From assembly GCA_036758885.1 (NCBI GenBank), contig DAIOVT010000001.1:1-39723 (forward strand): DNA of 39,723 bases. Direction: 5' to 3'. This stretch comes from Kineosporiaceae bacterium (lineage in GTDB: Bacteria > Actinomycetota > Actinomycetes > Actinomycetales > Kineosporiaceae). The position numbers and the translations under genes were made by a program. The notes beneath the pieces were generated by a model that saw nothing but the letters and a program-made list of their open reading frames with translations, made no database searches and was not told where the DNA came from. Below are positions 1 through 8,772 of the stretch, in pieces (position 1 is the stretch's first letter; every line of letters begins with the position of its first letter).

Positions 1-2
1 TC

Positions 3-536
3 GAGTTCATGGAGATCGAACTGGCCGTGCTCGAGGGCATGGGGCTCGACTACGAACGCAGCGACGAATACCTCGCCGCCAACGGACACACCCGACTGGT
101 CGACATCGTGACCCGCAAATCGGTGCTGCACGCGCCGATCGACAAGATCCACCCGATGCCGTTCCCCGGCCTGAACATCGACAACCTGCCGTTCTTCGCG
201 GTGATCGCCGCGACCGCGCAGGGCCAGACCATGATCCACGACTGGGTCTACGAGAACCGCGCCATCTATCTGACCGAGCTGAACCGGCTGGGCGCGCAGG
301 TCACCCTGATGGACCCGCACCGGGTGATGATCAAGGGCCCCACCCGCTGGTCGGGCACCGAGGTGGTCTGCCCGCCCGCGCTGCGTCCGGCGGTGGTCAT
401 CCTGCTGGCGATGCTGGCGGCCAAGGGCACGTCGGTGCTCCGCTCGGTCTACGTGATCAACCGCGGCTACCAGGACCTGGCGCAGCGGCTGAACGCCCTG
501 GGCGCCGACATCGAGATCTTCCGCGACGGCCTCTGA
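3..536 (+). CDS. murA: UDP-N-acetylglucosamine 1-carboxyvinyltransferase, C-terminal part (5-prime end lies outside the window)
   Basis: The frame is open to the window edge. The translation (..PFPGLNIDNLPFF..HDWVYENRAIYLTEL..INRGYQDLAQRL..) reads as the MurA C-terminal domain. Stop TGA at 534-536. Confidence 0.9.
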   Translation, partial: EFMEIELAVLEGMGLDYERSDEYLAANGHTRLVDIVTRKSVLHAPIDKIHPMPFPGLNIDNLPFFAVIAATAQGQTMIHDWVYENRAIYLTELNRLGAQVTLMDPHRVMIKGPTRWSGTEVVCPPALRPAVVILLAMLAAKGTSVLRSVYVINRGYQDLAQRLNALGADIEIFRDGL

Positions 537-607
537 TCCGCCACACCTCTGCCGGCCGGCTCTGGCTCGGGCTGGGCCTGCTCGCTGCGCTGAGTTTCAA
601 CAGCTGG

Positions 608-1282
608 TTGTTGGCGTACCCGCTGACCGGTTCGACGGCCGTGTTCGGGGGCTTCCTCTCCGAACTGGCCGCCGACGACCAACCGCACCGGTTCCTCTTC
701 CGGGGCTGTGAGGTGGTCTCGGGCATGTGCGTGCTGGTGCTGGCGCTGCGGGCCCGGGTCCTGGGCAGGCACTTCTGGTGGGGCATGCTCTGGACGGCGC
801 TGGCCGCGTTCTCGCTGTGCACCCTGCTCGACGTGATCTTCACGATGGACTGCGCGCCGACCCTGAGCGCCGAGTGCCGCGCTCTCGAGCGCAGCGGCGC
901 GGTCTCGCTGAAGCACCGGATCCACACCCTCACCAGCAGCGGTGCCCAGGCGGGCATCAACATCTCGCTGTTCGCCGCACTGTTCCTCTCCCGGGTCACC
1001 CTGGCCCGCTCGGGAGCCGCCGCCGGAACCACCGGAACGGTCGGGCCGGGTGCCTGGACGCCGGCCCGCAGGAAGCGGCTGCGACTGGTGGTGTTTCTGC
1101 TGACCCTGGGTCAGACCCTGGCACTCGCGGTGTGCCTGATCATGTACGCGGCCCGGATCCCCGGGGTCGGTGTGGCCCAGGCGGTAGCGGTGCTGCTCGC
1201 CTCGATCTGGTTCCTGGTCTTCGGCCGGGTGCTGGCCCAGGTCGACCCCGCCCCGGCACCGGTCACGGGGACGACGCGATGA
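608..1282 (+). CDS. DUF998-like multi-pass membrane protein
   Basis: Hydrophobic ORF with the pattern NSWLL..FLSELAADDQP..FRGCEVVSG typical of DUF998. TTG 608 is the first canonical start, but a TM-like reading frame stays open upstream to CTG 533 (see findings). Confidence 0.6.
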   Translation: MLAYPLTGSTAVFGGFLSELAADDQPHRFLFRGCEVVSGMCVLVLALRARVLGRHFWWGMLWTALAAFSLCTLLDVIFTMDCAPTLSAECRALERSGAVSLKHRIHTLTSSGAQAGINISLFAALFLSRVTLARSGAAAGTTGTVGPGAWTPARRKRLRLVVFLLTLGQTLALAVCLIMYAARIPGVGVAQAVAVLLASIWFLVFGRVLAQVDPAPAPVTGTTR

Positions 1283-2133
1283 GCGCCCCGCCCGAGGGCG
1301 AGGTGCACCGGGTCGGCGACCGGGTCTTCCGGGTGATCTCCCGTCCGGGCACCGGCCCGGCCGTGCTGCTGCTCGGCGGCTGCGGCGTGCCGGGATTCGT
1401 CTGGGCCGGGGTCGAGCACCGGCTGGCCGGGCGGCGGCTGCTGCGGATCGAACGGCCCGGCATGGCCGGCACCCCCTGGCCGGGGCGCGCCCCGCACCTG
1501 GCCGAGGAGGTGGCCACGATCGTCGCCGCGCTGCGATCCGTCGACGGTCCGGCGGTGATCGTCGCCCACTCGATGGCGGCTTTCCATGCCGAGGCGCTCG
1601 GTCGTGAGCATCCCGATCTGGTGGCGGGTCTGGTGCTGCTCGATCCCAGCGTCGAGCGCGCCGCCAAGCGGGTGGCCACCGACCGTTCGGTGCTCGGACT
1701 CGCCCGCTCGATGCCTCGTCTGTTCCGGGTGCCGTTGCTGGGCGGCCTGCCGGCGGCGGTCGCCGTCCGGTTGATGAACGCCCAGTGCCACGACGGCCTG
1801 CCGGCCGGGATGCGCGCGCAGGCCCGGCGCACCTTCTCCGCACCGGACGCCGTCGCCGCCGTGTTCGCCGAGCTCGCCGCCTATCCCGCGCAGGCCGGCG
1901 ACCTGGCCCGGCTGCGCTCGCGTGGCGTCTGGCCCGATCGGCCTGCGATCGTGCTCAGCGCCATGGACGGACCGCTCGCCGGCCGCGAGCATCTCGCGCA
2001 CACCTGGCTGGCGAAGGTGCTGGACGCCGAGCATCGGAGCCTGGACGACAGCCGTCACCTGATGATGGTCGACCGCCCCGATGCGGTGACCGACGCGGTG
2101 CACCGGCTGATCGCTCGGATCGAGACGGCCTGA
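1279..2133 (+). CDS. alpha/beta-fold hydrolase
   Basis: ATG 1279 overlaps the upstream stop (ATGA). It has the LLLGGCG oxyanion-type segment, the AHSMAA nucleophile elbow and a C-terminal D..H region (DDSRHLMMVDRP). Confidence 0.75.
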   Translation: MSAPPEGEVHRVGDRVFRVISRPGTGPAVLLLGGCGVPGFVWAGVEHRLAGRRLLRIERPGMAGTPWPGRAPHLAEEVATIVAALRSVDGPAVIVAHSMAAFHAEALGREHPDLVAGLVLLDPSVERAAKRVATDRSVLGLARSMPRLFRVPLLGGLPAAVAVRLMNAQCHDGLPAGMRAQARRTFSAPDAVAAVFAELAAYPAQAGDLARLRSRGVWPDRPAIVLSAMDGPLAGREHLAHTWLAKVLDAEHRSLDDSRHLMMVDRPDAVTDAVHRLIARIETA

Positions 2134-2160
2134 GGCCCGTTCGGCGGACGACGTGCGCGA

Positions 2161-2208
2161 CTCAGTGCGCGTAGGTCTCAGTGCGCGTAGGTCTCAGTGC
2201 GCGTAGGT
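2161..2208. repeat. 3 x 16-bp perfect tandem repeat CTCAGTGCGCGTAGGT
   Basis: Read directly: 2161-2176, 2177-2192 and 2193-2208 are identical. The last copy carries the final codons and the stop of the PEBP gene on the minus strand (ACC TAC GCG CAC TGA). Confidence 0.95.
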
Positions 2209-2727
2209 ACCGTGCACGATCGCCCGGCCGAGGGTGTGGAACGCCAGGTTGAACGAGAGCACGGCGGGCGAGGCGGCGCCGTCCACGGGCAGCTCCTCGA
2301 CGTCGACGGCGTGCACGACGAAGTAGTAGCGGTGCGGGACGTCGCCCGGGGGCGGTGCGCAGCCGTCGTAGGCCGCGTCGCCGAAGTCGTTGCGCAGATG
2401 GAACCCGCCGGGCAGCGCGTCGTCGTCCGCCCCTGCCCCGGCGGCGAGCGCGGTGACCCCGGCCGGGATGTTGGCGACCGCCCAGTGCCAGAAGCCGGAC
2501 GGCGTCGGCGCGTCCGGGTCGAAGCAGGTGACGCAGTAGGACCTGGTGCCCGCCGGGGCACCGCTCCAGCTCAACTGCGGCGAGACGTTCTCGCCGCCCG
2601 CCGAACCGTGCACGAACTGCAGATCCATCGCAGCGCCGGCGGCGAAGCTCTCGGTGCTCACACCGAACGATTCCGCTTGCGGCAGAAGCTCGTACGGGTT
2701 CGGGGCGGTAGGCCGGTCCAGGCTCAT
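2194..2727 (-). CDS. YbhB/YbcL family Raf-kinase-inhibitor-like (PEBP) protein
   Basis: 177 aa with the CFDPDAP..GFWHW..N..G....YDGCAPPPGD.PHRYYF signature of bacterial PEBP proteins. A GAGGAGG Shine-Dalgarno sequence precedes ATG 2727. Confidence 0.85.
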   Translation of the reverse strand: MSLDRPTAPNPYELLPQAESFGVSTESFAAGAAMDLQFVHGSAGGENVSPQLSWSGAPAGTRSYCVTCFDPDAPTPSGFWHWAVANIPAGVTALAAGAGADDDALPGGFHLRNDFGDAAYDGCAPPPGDVPHRYYFVVHAVDVEELPVDGAASPAVLSFNLAFHTLGRAIVHGTYAH

Positions 2728-2802
2728 CGATGCTCCTCCTCGAGTGAATTGCCTGGACCGAACCTACCTTGCAGCCGAATACCGATCAGGGTCGGCGACC
2801 GC

Positions 2803-4200
2803 TCAGAACTCGGGCCCGGGGGGAGGCGCGGTGGCGATCTCGTCCTCGTCGAGCTGGATCTTCAGCGGTGCCCGCAGACCCTTGGTCAACCAGAGCATCA
2901 GCAGGACCCCGATGCCGAGCCAGATGGCTCCGTACCGCATCGACTCACCGGAGAGATTGACCCAGAGCACGATGGTGCAGAACAGGCCGATCAGCGGCAG
3001 CACGACGTTGCGGAAGATCTGGCTGAACCCGTTGGTCTGCTTCTGCCTGATCGCGAAGTGCACGATCACGGTGATGTTCACGAAGCTGAACGCGATCAGG
3101 GCGCCGAAGTTGATCAGGGACGCCACGAAGTCCAGGTTCAGCGGGATGGCGAGCAGCGAGACCGCGCCGACGATGATCACGGACCAGATCGGCGTGTGGA
3201 ACCTCGGGTGGATGTTGGACAGCGTGCGGGCGATCGGCCCGGTTCCGTTGCGGCCCATCACGAACAGCATCCGGGAGACCGACGCGTGCGAGGCCAGGCC
3301 CGAGGCCAGCGTCGCGGCGAACGCCGCTGCGGTGAGGAACGCCTTGAACAACGACCCGCCGACCTCGAAGGCGATCTGCGGCAGCGCGCTGTTCTCGAGT
3401 GAGTCCTCGGAGAAGATGTTGAAGTCGGGGAACAGCGACTGGGTGAACCAGCCGGCGACGAAGAACAGTGCGCCACCGATCAGCAGGGTGACCACGATGG
3501 CCTTCGGCACCAGGGCCGGGTCCTTCGCCTCCTCGGTGTACATGGTGATCGCGTCGAACCCGATGAACGAGAAACAGACGATCGTGGCACCGGTGATCAC
3601 CAGACCGAGATGGACGTCGTCGTGCCACAGCGGCTGGGTCGAGAAGATGGTGCCGTTGCCCTCGCCCCGGGAGAGTCCCCGCCAGGCCAGGACGACGAAG
3701 ACCACCATCAGCACGATCGAGAAGCCGACCAGCAGACCGTTGACCCGCGAGGTGTTGCTCATGCTGGTCATCACCAGGGTGGTCACCGCGAAGACCACGA
3801 TGACGACCCAGATCCACGCCGGCACGTCCGGGAAGAAGGCCTCCATGTACGAGCGCAGGATCAATGCGTTGACCAGGGGCAGCAACAGGTAGTCGAGCAG
3901 TGACGACCAGCCGATGACGAAGCCGACGTTCGGGTGGATGGTGGCCGAGGTGTACGTGTAGGCCGAACCGGCCGAGGGGAACACCCGGGTCATCCGGCCG
4001 TAGCTGAGAGCGGTGAAGAACATCGCGATCAGAGCCAGCACGTACGCGGTCGGGACGACGCTGTTGGTCTCCTCCGCGACGATGCCGAAGGTGTCGAAGA
4101 TGACCGTCGGCGTCATGTACCCGAGGCCGAGGCCGACGATGGCCCACAGTCCGAGTGATCGAGACAGATGCCCGGTCTCGTTGCTGGTGCCTTGCGCCAT
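2803..4200 (-). CDS. APC-family amino acid/polyamine permease
   Basis: About 12-TM protein with typical APC N-terminal motifs (LGLWAIVGLGLGYM.P, SAGSAYTY). I prefer ATG 4200 (MAQGTSNE) because a GGAAGGG SD lies 8 nt upstream. The ORF-track start at 4254 adds 18 non-hydrophobic residues. Confidence 0.85.
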   Translation of the reverse strand: MAQGTSNETGHLSRSLGLWAIVGLGLGYMTPTVIFDTFGIVAEETNSVVPTAYVLALIAMFFTALSYGRMTRVFPSAGSAYTYTSATIHPNVGFVIGWSSLLDYLLLPLVNALILRSYMEAFFPDVPAWIWVVIVVFAVTTLVMTSMSNTSRVNGLLVGFSIVLMVVFVVLAWRGLSRGEGNGTIFSTQPLWHDDVHLGLVITGATIVCFSFIGFDAITMYTEEAKDPALVPKAIVVTLLIGGALFFVAGWFTQSLFPDFNIFSEDSLENSALPQIAFEVGGSLFKAFLTAAAFAATLASGLASHASVSRMLFVMGRNGTGPIARTLSNIHPRFHTPIWSVIIVGAVSLLAIPLNLDFVASLINFGALIAFSFVNITVIVHFAIRQKQTNGFSQIFRNVVLPLIGLFCTIVLWVNLSGESMRYGAIWLGIGVLLMLWLTKGLRAPLKIQLDEDEIATAPPPGPEF

Positions 4201-4352
4201 GGCAGGACCCTTCCACTGGGAATCAAGGTGCGACCGCTCAGCCGTCACGAACACCGTCCTTGGTGATCCCCCTGACGCGGATGCCGCATGTTATTGCGCA
4301 AACGGCACTGTTGGGGGCCGTTTGTCGGACGATTGCCGCCACAGGCGGTGTC

Positions 4353-5210
4353 TCAGCGGAGCTTCTCCACCTCGAACTGCAGACGCGGCTCGGCGATCTC
4401 GGCCTGGGCCTGCACCAGTTGCAGCTCGCGGCGGCCCGAGTCGAGGGTGCGCTGCAGCAGGTCGTGGACGCTCGAGATGGTGCGCGCCAGCGCCGTGCCG
4501 GCGTCGCCGGTGTCGAGCAGGTGCGCGGTGAACAGAGCGGCGGTGACATCGCCGGATCCGTTGGCCTTCAACGGAAGTCGCGGCGTTCGCAGCAGCCAGG
4601 CGCCGTCCCCGTGCACGGCGATCGAGCCGATGGTGCCCTCGGCGAACTCCGGGGAGAGCACCGAGGTGACCAGCACGGTGGCCGGGCCCATCGCCCGCGC
4701 GGCGTCGACGGCGGCCAGTGTCTGCTCGACCGTCACCGGTTCGGTACCGGTGAGGAAGCCCAGCTCGAACTGGTTCGGTGTGATCAGATCCGCTTGCGGC
4801 ACAACACGTTCGCGTAACAGAACCGGGATCGCCGGCGCCACGAAACACCCGGATGCCGCATTGCCCATCACCGGGTCACAGGCGTAAAGGGCGTTCGGGT
4901 TGGCGGCCTTGACCTTGGTCACCGCCTCGAGGATCACCTCACCGATCTGCTCCCCGCCCTGATACCCGGAGAGCACGGCGTCGATCTCGGCGAAGGCGTC
5001 ACGTTCGCCGATCCCGGTGATCACCTCACGCACGTCGTCCGGGGCCATCAGCGGTCCCCGCCAGGCGCCGTAACCGGTGTGGTTGGAGAAGTGGACGGTG
5101 TGCACCGGCCAGACCTCGACACCGAGCCGCTGCAGCGGGAACACCGCGGCGGAGTTGCCGACATGGCCGTAGGCGACCGAGGACTGGATCGACAGAATGG
5201 TCAGATTCAC
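4353..5210 (-). CDS. pdxY: pyridoxal kinase
   Basis: 285 aa. ILSIQSSVAYGHVGNSAA.FPLQ..G..VW.V.TV.FSNHTGYG and the C-terminal NGSGD motif are typical of PdxY-type ribokinase-fold kinases. GTG start. Confidence 0.85.
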   Translation of the reverse strand: MNLTILSIQSSVAYGHVGNSAAVFPLQRLGVEVWPVHTVHFSNHTGYGAWRGPLMAPDDVREVITGIGERDAFAEIDAVLSGYQGGEQIGEVILEAVTKVKAANPNALYACDPVMGNAASGCFVAPAIPVLLRERVVPQADLITPNQFELGFLTGTEPVTVEQTLAAVDAARAMGPATVLVTSVLSPEFAEGTIGSIAVHGDGAWLLRTPRLPLKANGSGDVTAALFTAHLLDTGDAGTALARTISSVHDLLQRTLDSGRRELQLVQAQAEIAEPRLQFEVEKLR

Positions 5211-5237
5211 GCCGCCATTGTGGCCCCGGGGCCGCTG

Positions 5238-6293
5238 CTACAGCTCGAAACCCTCGGGGAACGGGTCGGCCGGGTCGAGATGCCATTGCGCGGTACCGGT
5301 CACCCACGCCCGCCCGGTGATGGTCGGCACGATCGCCGGGATCGGCTGTGCGGCCGCACCTTTGGCGCCGGCGTCCTCGGCGCCGGCGTTCGAACTGCCG
5401 CCGACCGTCGTCCGCTCGATCGCCCGGCCGACGAACTCGGTGCCGATGAAGGACAGATTGACGAAGTCGGTGTCGAGGTCGAGCTCGCCGCGGGCGACCA
5501 ACTGGGCCACCCGGGCGCTGGTGCCGGTGCCACAGGGGCTGCGGTCGAACCAGCCGGGGTGGATCGCCATCGCGTGCTGGGAGCGGCGCGCGTCGGACCC
5601 CGGGGCGACCAGCTGGGCGTGATGGCACACCGCGATCTCGGGGTTCTCCGGATGCACCGGACGGCGCTGCGCATTGATCGCGTCGAGCAACGCCAGCCCC
5701 GCGGCCAGGATCTCGTCCTTGCTCTTGCGCTCGAACGGGATGCCCAGGTCGGCCAGCGGCAGGATCGCGTAGAAGTTGCCGCCGAAGGCCATGTCGTAAC
5801 GCACCTCGCCGAACCCGGGGACGTCGACGGTGGCGTCCTGCTCGAGCAGGAACGAGGGCACGTTGGTCAGCGTGACCGCGCGGGCGGCGCCGTCCTGCAC
5901 CTCGACGGTGGCGATCACCAGCCCCGCCGGGGTGTCCAGCCGGATGGTGGTCACCGGTTCGGTGACCTCGACCATCCCGGTCTCGACCAGCACCGTGGCC
6001 ACCCCCATGGTGCCGTGCCCGCACATCGGCAGACAGCCGCTGACCTCGATGTAGAGCACGCCGAAATCGGCGTCCGGGCGGGTGGACGGTTGCAGGATCG
6101 CCCCACTCATCGCCGCGTGCCCGCGGGGTTCGTTCATCAGCAACCGGCGCAGGCCGTCCATGTTCGCCATGAAGTGGCGGCGGCGGTCGAACATCGTCTC
6201 CCCGGGGATCACCCCCACTCCCCCGGTGACCACGCGGGTGGGCATGCCCTCGGTGTGCGACTCGACCGTGTGGATCACGCGACGCGACCTCAT
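5238..6293 (-). CDS. proline racemase / 4-hydroxyproline 2-epimerase family enzyme (both catalytic Cys present)
   Basis: It has IHTVESHTEGMPTRVV, LPMCGHGTMG and DRSPCGTGTSA motifs. The Cys/Cys pair points to a racemase/epimerase rather than the dehydratase subclass. Start is ATG 6293, or GTG 6302 as in the ORF track. Confidence 0.85.
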   Translation of the reverse strand: MRSRRVIHTVESHTEGMPTRVVTGGVGVIPGETMFDRRRHFMANMDGLRRLLMNEPRGHAAMSGAILQPSTRPDADFGVLYIEVSGCLPMCGHGTMGVATVLVETGMVEVTEPVTTIRLDTPAGLVIATVEVQDGAARAVTLTNVPSFLLEQDATVDVPGFGEVRYDMAFGGNFYAILPLADLGIPFERKSKDEILAAGLALLDAINAQRRPVHPENPEIAVCHHAQLVAPGSDARRSQHAMAIHPGWFDRSPCGTGTSARVAQLVARGELDLDTDFVNLSFIGTEFVGRAIERTTVGGSSNAGAEDAGAKGAAAQPIPAIVPTITGRAWVTGTAQWHLDPADPFPEGFEL

Positions 6294-6327
6294 GCCCGTC
6301 ACTGTAGGACGGGCATGAGGTCGCGTC
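6281..6327 (-). terminator. perfect 20-bp stem / 7-nt loop hairpin between the peptidase stop and the racemase start
   Basis: GACGCGACCTCATGCCCGTC (6281-6300), loop ACTGTAG, GACGGGCATGAGGTCGCGTC (6308-6327). It begins 29 nt after the upstream stop on the minus strand. There is no U-tract, so this is a high-GC I-shaped type. Confidence 0.55.
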
Positions 6328-6355
6328 AGGATCGCGCCGGCGGGGCGCCGCTCGG

Positions 6356-8053
6356 TCAGCCCCGCAACAGCTGGGCCACCATCCGGGCCGAGCCGGACGA
6401 CGACCCGGACGGCGAGGCCGTCTTGGCGGTCGGGTCGGGCTGGGGCAACGGGGCGCAGGTCGCGTCCCAGGCGCCGTGCCGGTCCCGGTTGGGCAGGCTG
6501 CCGTCGATCAGGAACTTGGCGATCATCCCGTCCTCGCAGACGTTGCCGTACATCGACCCGGAGTGCGTGGTACCCCCGGGGAGCGCCAGCAGCCGGCTGT
6601 TCGGGAACAGCTTGCGCGCCTGCACCGCACCGCTGAACGGCGTTGCGGCGTCGAGGGTCTCACCGACCATCAGGATCGGTGGCACCTTGTGGCTGCCGAC
6701 CTTGACCGGGGTGCCGCCCTTGACCGGCCAGAACGCACACGGCGCGTTGAACCAGGCGTTGCTCCAGGCCAGGAACGGCGCCTTCGCGTAGACCTTCCAG
6801 GTGTCCTTGCGCCAGACGTTCCAGTCGCGCGGCCACTTGGCGTCGGTGCACTCCACCGCGGCGTACATCGCGTAGCCGTTCTCCGAGCCACCACCGCCGT
6901 AGGCGTCGATCAGCGGCTTGGCGTCCTTGTGCTCGGCGTTCCAGGTCGCCCACATGTCGGCGATCTCGAGCCAGGTCACCTGGTAGTAGGGCGGCTGGTT
7001 GAAGATGTCGTTCCACTCCGAGGCGCCGATGACGCCGCCGGCCGGGTTCTTCGCCAGCCTGGCCCGCTCGGCGTTCCACAGCTTCTGCACTTCGGCCGCG
7101 GTCTTGCCCAGGTGGTAGACCGAGTCGTACTTGGCCACCCACGCGAACCAGATCTTGATGTTGCGGTCGAAGGCGTAGTCCTGGTCGATGTTCGACTGGT
7201 ACCAGACCCGGGTCGGGTCGACGACGCCGTCGAAGACGAACTTGCGCACCTGCTTCGGGAACAGGGTGGCGTAGACCTGGCCGAGGTAGGTGCCGTAGGA
7301 GAAGCCGTAGTAGTTGATCTGCTTCTGCCCCAACGCCTTCCGAATCAGGTCGAGGTCCTTGGCGGCGTCGATCGTGGTCAGGTGGCGGAGCAGTTGCGGC
7401 TGCGCCTCGGCGCAGTCGGCGGCGTACCCCTTGGCCCGGGCCAGCCACTGCCTCTCGGTCTTCTTGTCGAACGGCTCGTACACCGGCCGGGGACCGTTGT
7501 TGTAGTCCGGGTCGCAGGTCAGCGCCGGCTTGCTGGAGCCGACCCCCCGCGGGTCGAACCCGATCCAGTCGTAGGCGGCACCGGCCTTGTCCGGCAGCAC
7601 CCCCTGCAACACCGACAGGGTCAGTCCGCTACCACCCGGGCCACCCGGGTTGATCAGCATCACGCCCTGGTACTTGTCCTCGGCGACGGTGTGCTTCATG
7701 CGTGAGACGGCGAGCTGGATCTGCTTGCCACGCGGCCGGTCGTGGTCCAGCGGAACGCTGACGAAACCGCATTGGGCGCCGCGCGACTTGAGCGTGGCGT
7801 TGGTACAGGTGCCCCATTTGATCGTCGACGGTCCGGAGCTGAGCGCCTTGGCGCCGGTCGGGTAGGTGGCCGCACCCGTCCCGGAGGATCCGCCTCCGCC
7901 CGAGGTCGCCGCCGGCTGTGCCGCCGCCGAGGCCACCGGCGCCAGCGCGCCGAGCGAACCCACGGTCAGGGCCGCCGCAGCGACACCGACCGTCGTCCTG
8001 GTCAACCTGCCGAGTCTTCGCGAGCTTCGTCCTGCCGAGCTGGGGTCGCGCAT
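6356..8053 (-). CDS. secreted alpha/beta hydrolase, tripeptidyl aminopeptidase-like (S33 family)
   Basis: N-terminal signal peptide (RRLGRLTRTTVGVAAAALTVGSLGALAPVASA), INPGGPGGSG, the GFSYGT nucleophile elbow, and conserved C-terminal Cys residues as in Streptomyces Tap-type peptidases. A GGAAGGAG SD precedes the ATG. Confidence 0.8.
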   Translation of the reverse strand: MRDPSSAGRSSRRLGRLTRTTVGVAAAALTVGSLGALAPVASAAAQPAATSGGGGSSGTGAATYPTGAKALSSGPSTIKWGTCTNATLKSRGAQCGFVSVPLDHDRPRGKQIQLAVSRMKHTVAEDKYQGVMLINPGGPGGSGLTLSVLQGVLPDKAGAAYDWIGFDPRGVGSSKPALTCDPDYNNGPRPVYEPFDKKTERQWLARAKGYAADCAEAQPQLLRHLTTIDAAKDLDLIRKALGQKQINYYGFSYGTYLGQVYATLFPKQVRKFVFDGVVDPTRVWYQSNIDQDYAFDRNIKIWFAWVAKYDSVYHLGKTAAEVQKLWNAERARLAKNPAGGVIGASEWNDIFNQPPYYQVTWLEIADMWATWNAEHKDAKPLIDAYGGGGSENGYAMYAAVECTDAKWPRDWNVWRKDTWKVYAKAPFLAWSNAWFNAPCAFWPVKGGTPVKVGSHKVPPILMVGETLDAATPFSGAVQARKLFPNSRLLALPGGTTHSGSMYGNVCEDGMIAKFLIDGSLPNRDRHGAWDATCAPLPQPDPTAKTASPSGSSSGSARMVAQLLRG

Positions 8054-8354
8054 GGTGGCGCTCCTTCCGCGCGGGTATCGCGTCGGGCCGGTGCCGGATG
8101 TCTTTCGTCCGGCTTTCGGAGGTATGCCCGGTCAGTCCTACTCCCACAGGCGTCGCACAGCAACGGTTTGCCGGGAATCTGTGGATCTTTCCCCGGGATC
8201 TGCTGCCCGGCCCCGGCGACCCCGGGCGGGAGTTCACGCCGGGCCCCGTCCGTTGCACTGTGTGCGCAGTCCGGCTCACGCCACTCGCGGAAGTCGATCG
8301 ACGATCACCGGACGGCGCGTGCAAGGATCGGAGCGACCCCTCGGAGGAGACAAG

Positions 8355-8747
8355 ATGCGGAACCTGCTGATCAGACTCGTGGTCAACACCGCGGCGTTGT
8401 GGGTGGCGATGCTGGTGATCCCGAACTTCGGGGTGACGGCCGGCAAGTTCGGCAACCAGTTCACCACACTGCTCGTGGTCGGCCTGATCTTCGGGCTGGT
8501 CAACGCGGTGATCAAGCCGATCACCAAGTTCTTCACGCTGCCGTTCTACGTGATCACCCTGGGCCTGTTCGCGTTCATCGTGAACGCCCTGATGCTCAAG
8601 GTCGTCGACTGGATCTCCGGTCAGATCGGCCTGCAGTTCAGTTCGGGTCAGTTCTTCTGGACGACGGTCGGCGCCGCAGTCGTGATCACCTTCGTCTCGA
8701 TGGTGCTCAATCTCGTTCTGCCGGAAGGCAAGAGCGCCGACGCCTGA
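8355..8747 (+). CDS. 4-TM phage-holin-family (superfamily IV) membrane protein, chromosomal housekeeping type
   Basis: MRNLLIRLVVNTAALWVA..LIFGLVNAVIKPI.K..TLPF.VITLGLF.F.VNALML matches the actinobacterial holin_4_2-type pattern. A GGAGGAG SD precedes ATG 8355. Confidence 0.7.
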   Translation: MRNLLIRLVVNTAALWVAMLVIPNFGVTAGKFGNQFTTLLVVGLIFGLVNAVIKPITKFFTLPFYVITLGLFAFIVNALMLKVVDWISGQIGLQFSSGQFFWTTVGAAVVITFVSMVLNLVLPEGKSADA

Positions 8748-8772
8748 CGCCTGAGCAACCGGCCGAGCAGAC

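Noticed and set aside
467-1843. 458-aa Arg/Pro/Gly-rich ORF antisense to the DUF998 and hydrolase genes
   Set aside because: It has the typical high-GC antisense open-frame composition and no motifs. The sense-strand genes have clear family signatures.
5026-6791. Long alternative-frame ORFs (332 and 570 aa) across the pdxY / racemase / peptidase region. The same kind of ORF occurs at 8707-9660, 10354-11613, 11552-13159, 13205-14875, 19616-20854, 28212-29858 and 30288-31779.
   Set aside because: All are low-complexity Arg/Gly/Pro/Asp-rich translations overlapping genes that carry strong family motifs on the other frame or strand.
8355-8747. Holin-family gene as evidence of a prophage
   Set aside because: No lysin, capsid, tail, integrase or att-like repeats are nearby. 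This 4-TM family is widespread as a chromosomal gene next to acyltransferases in Actinomycetota.
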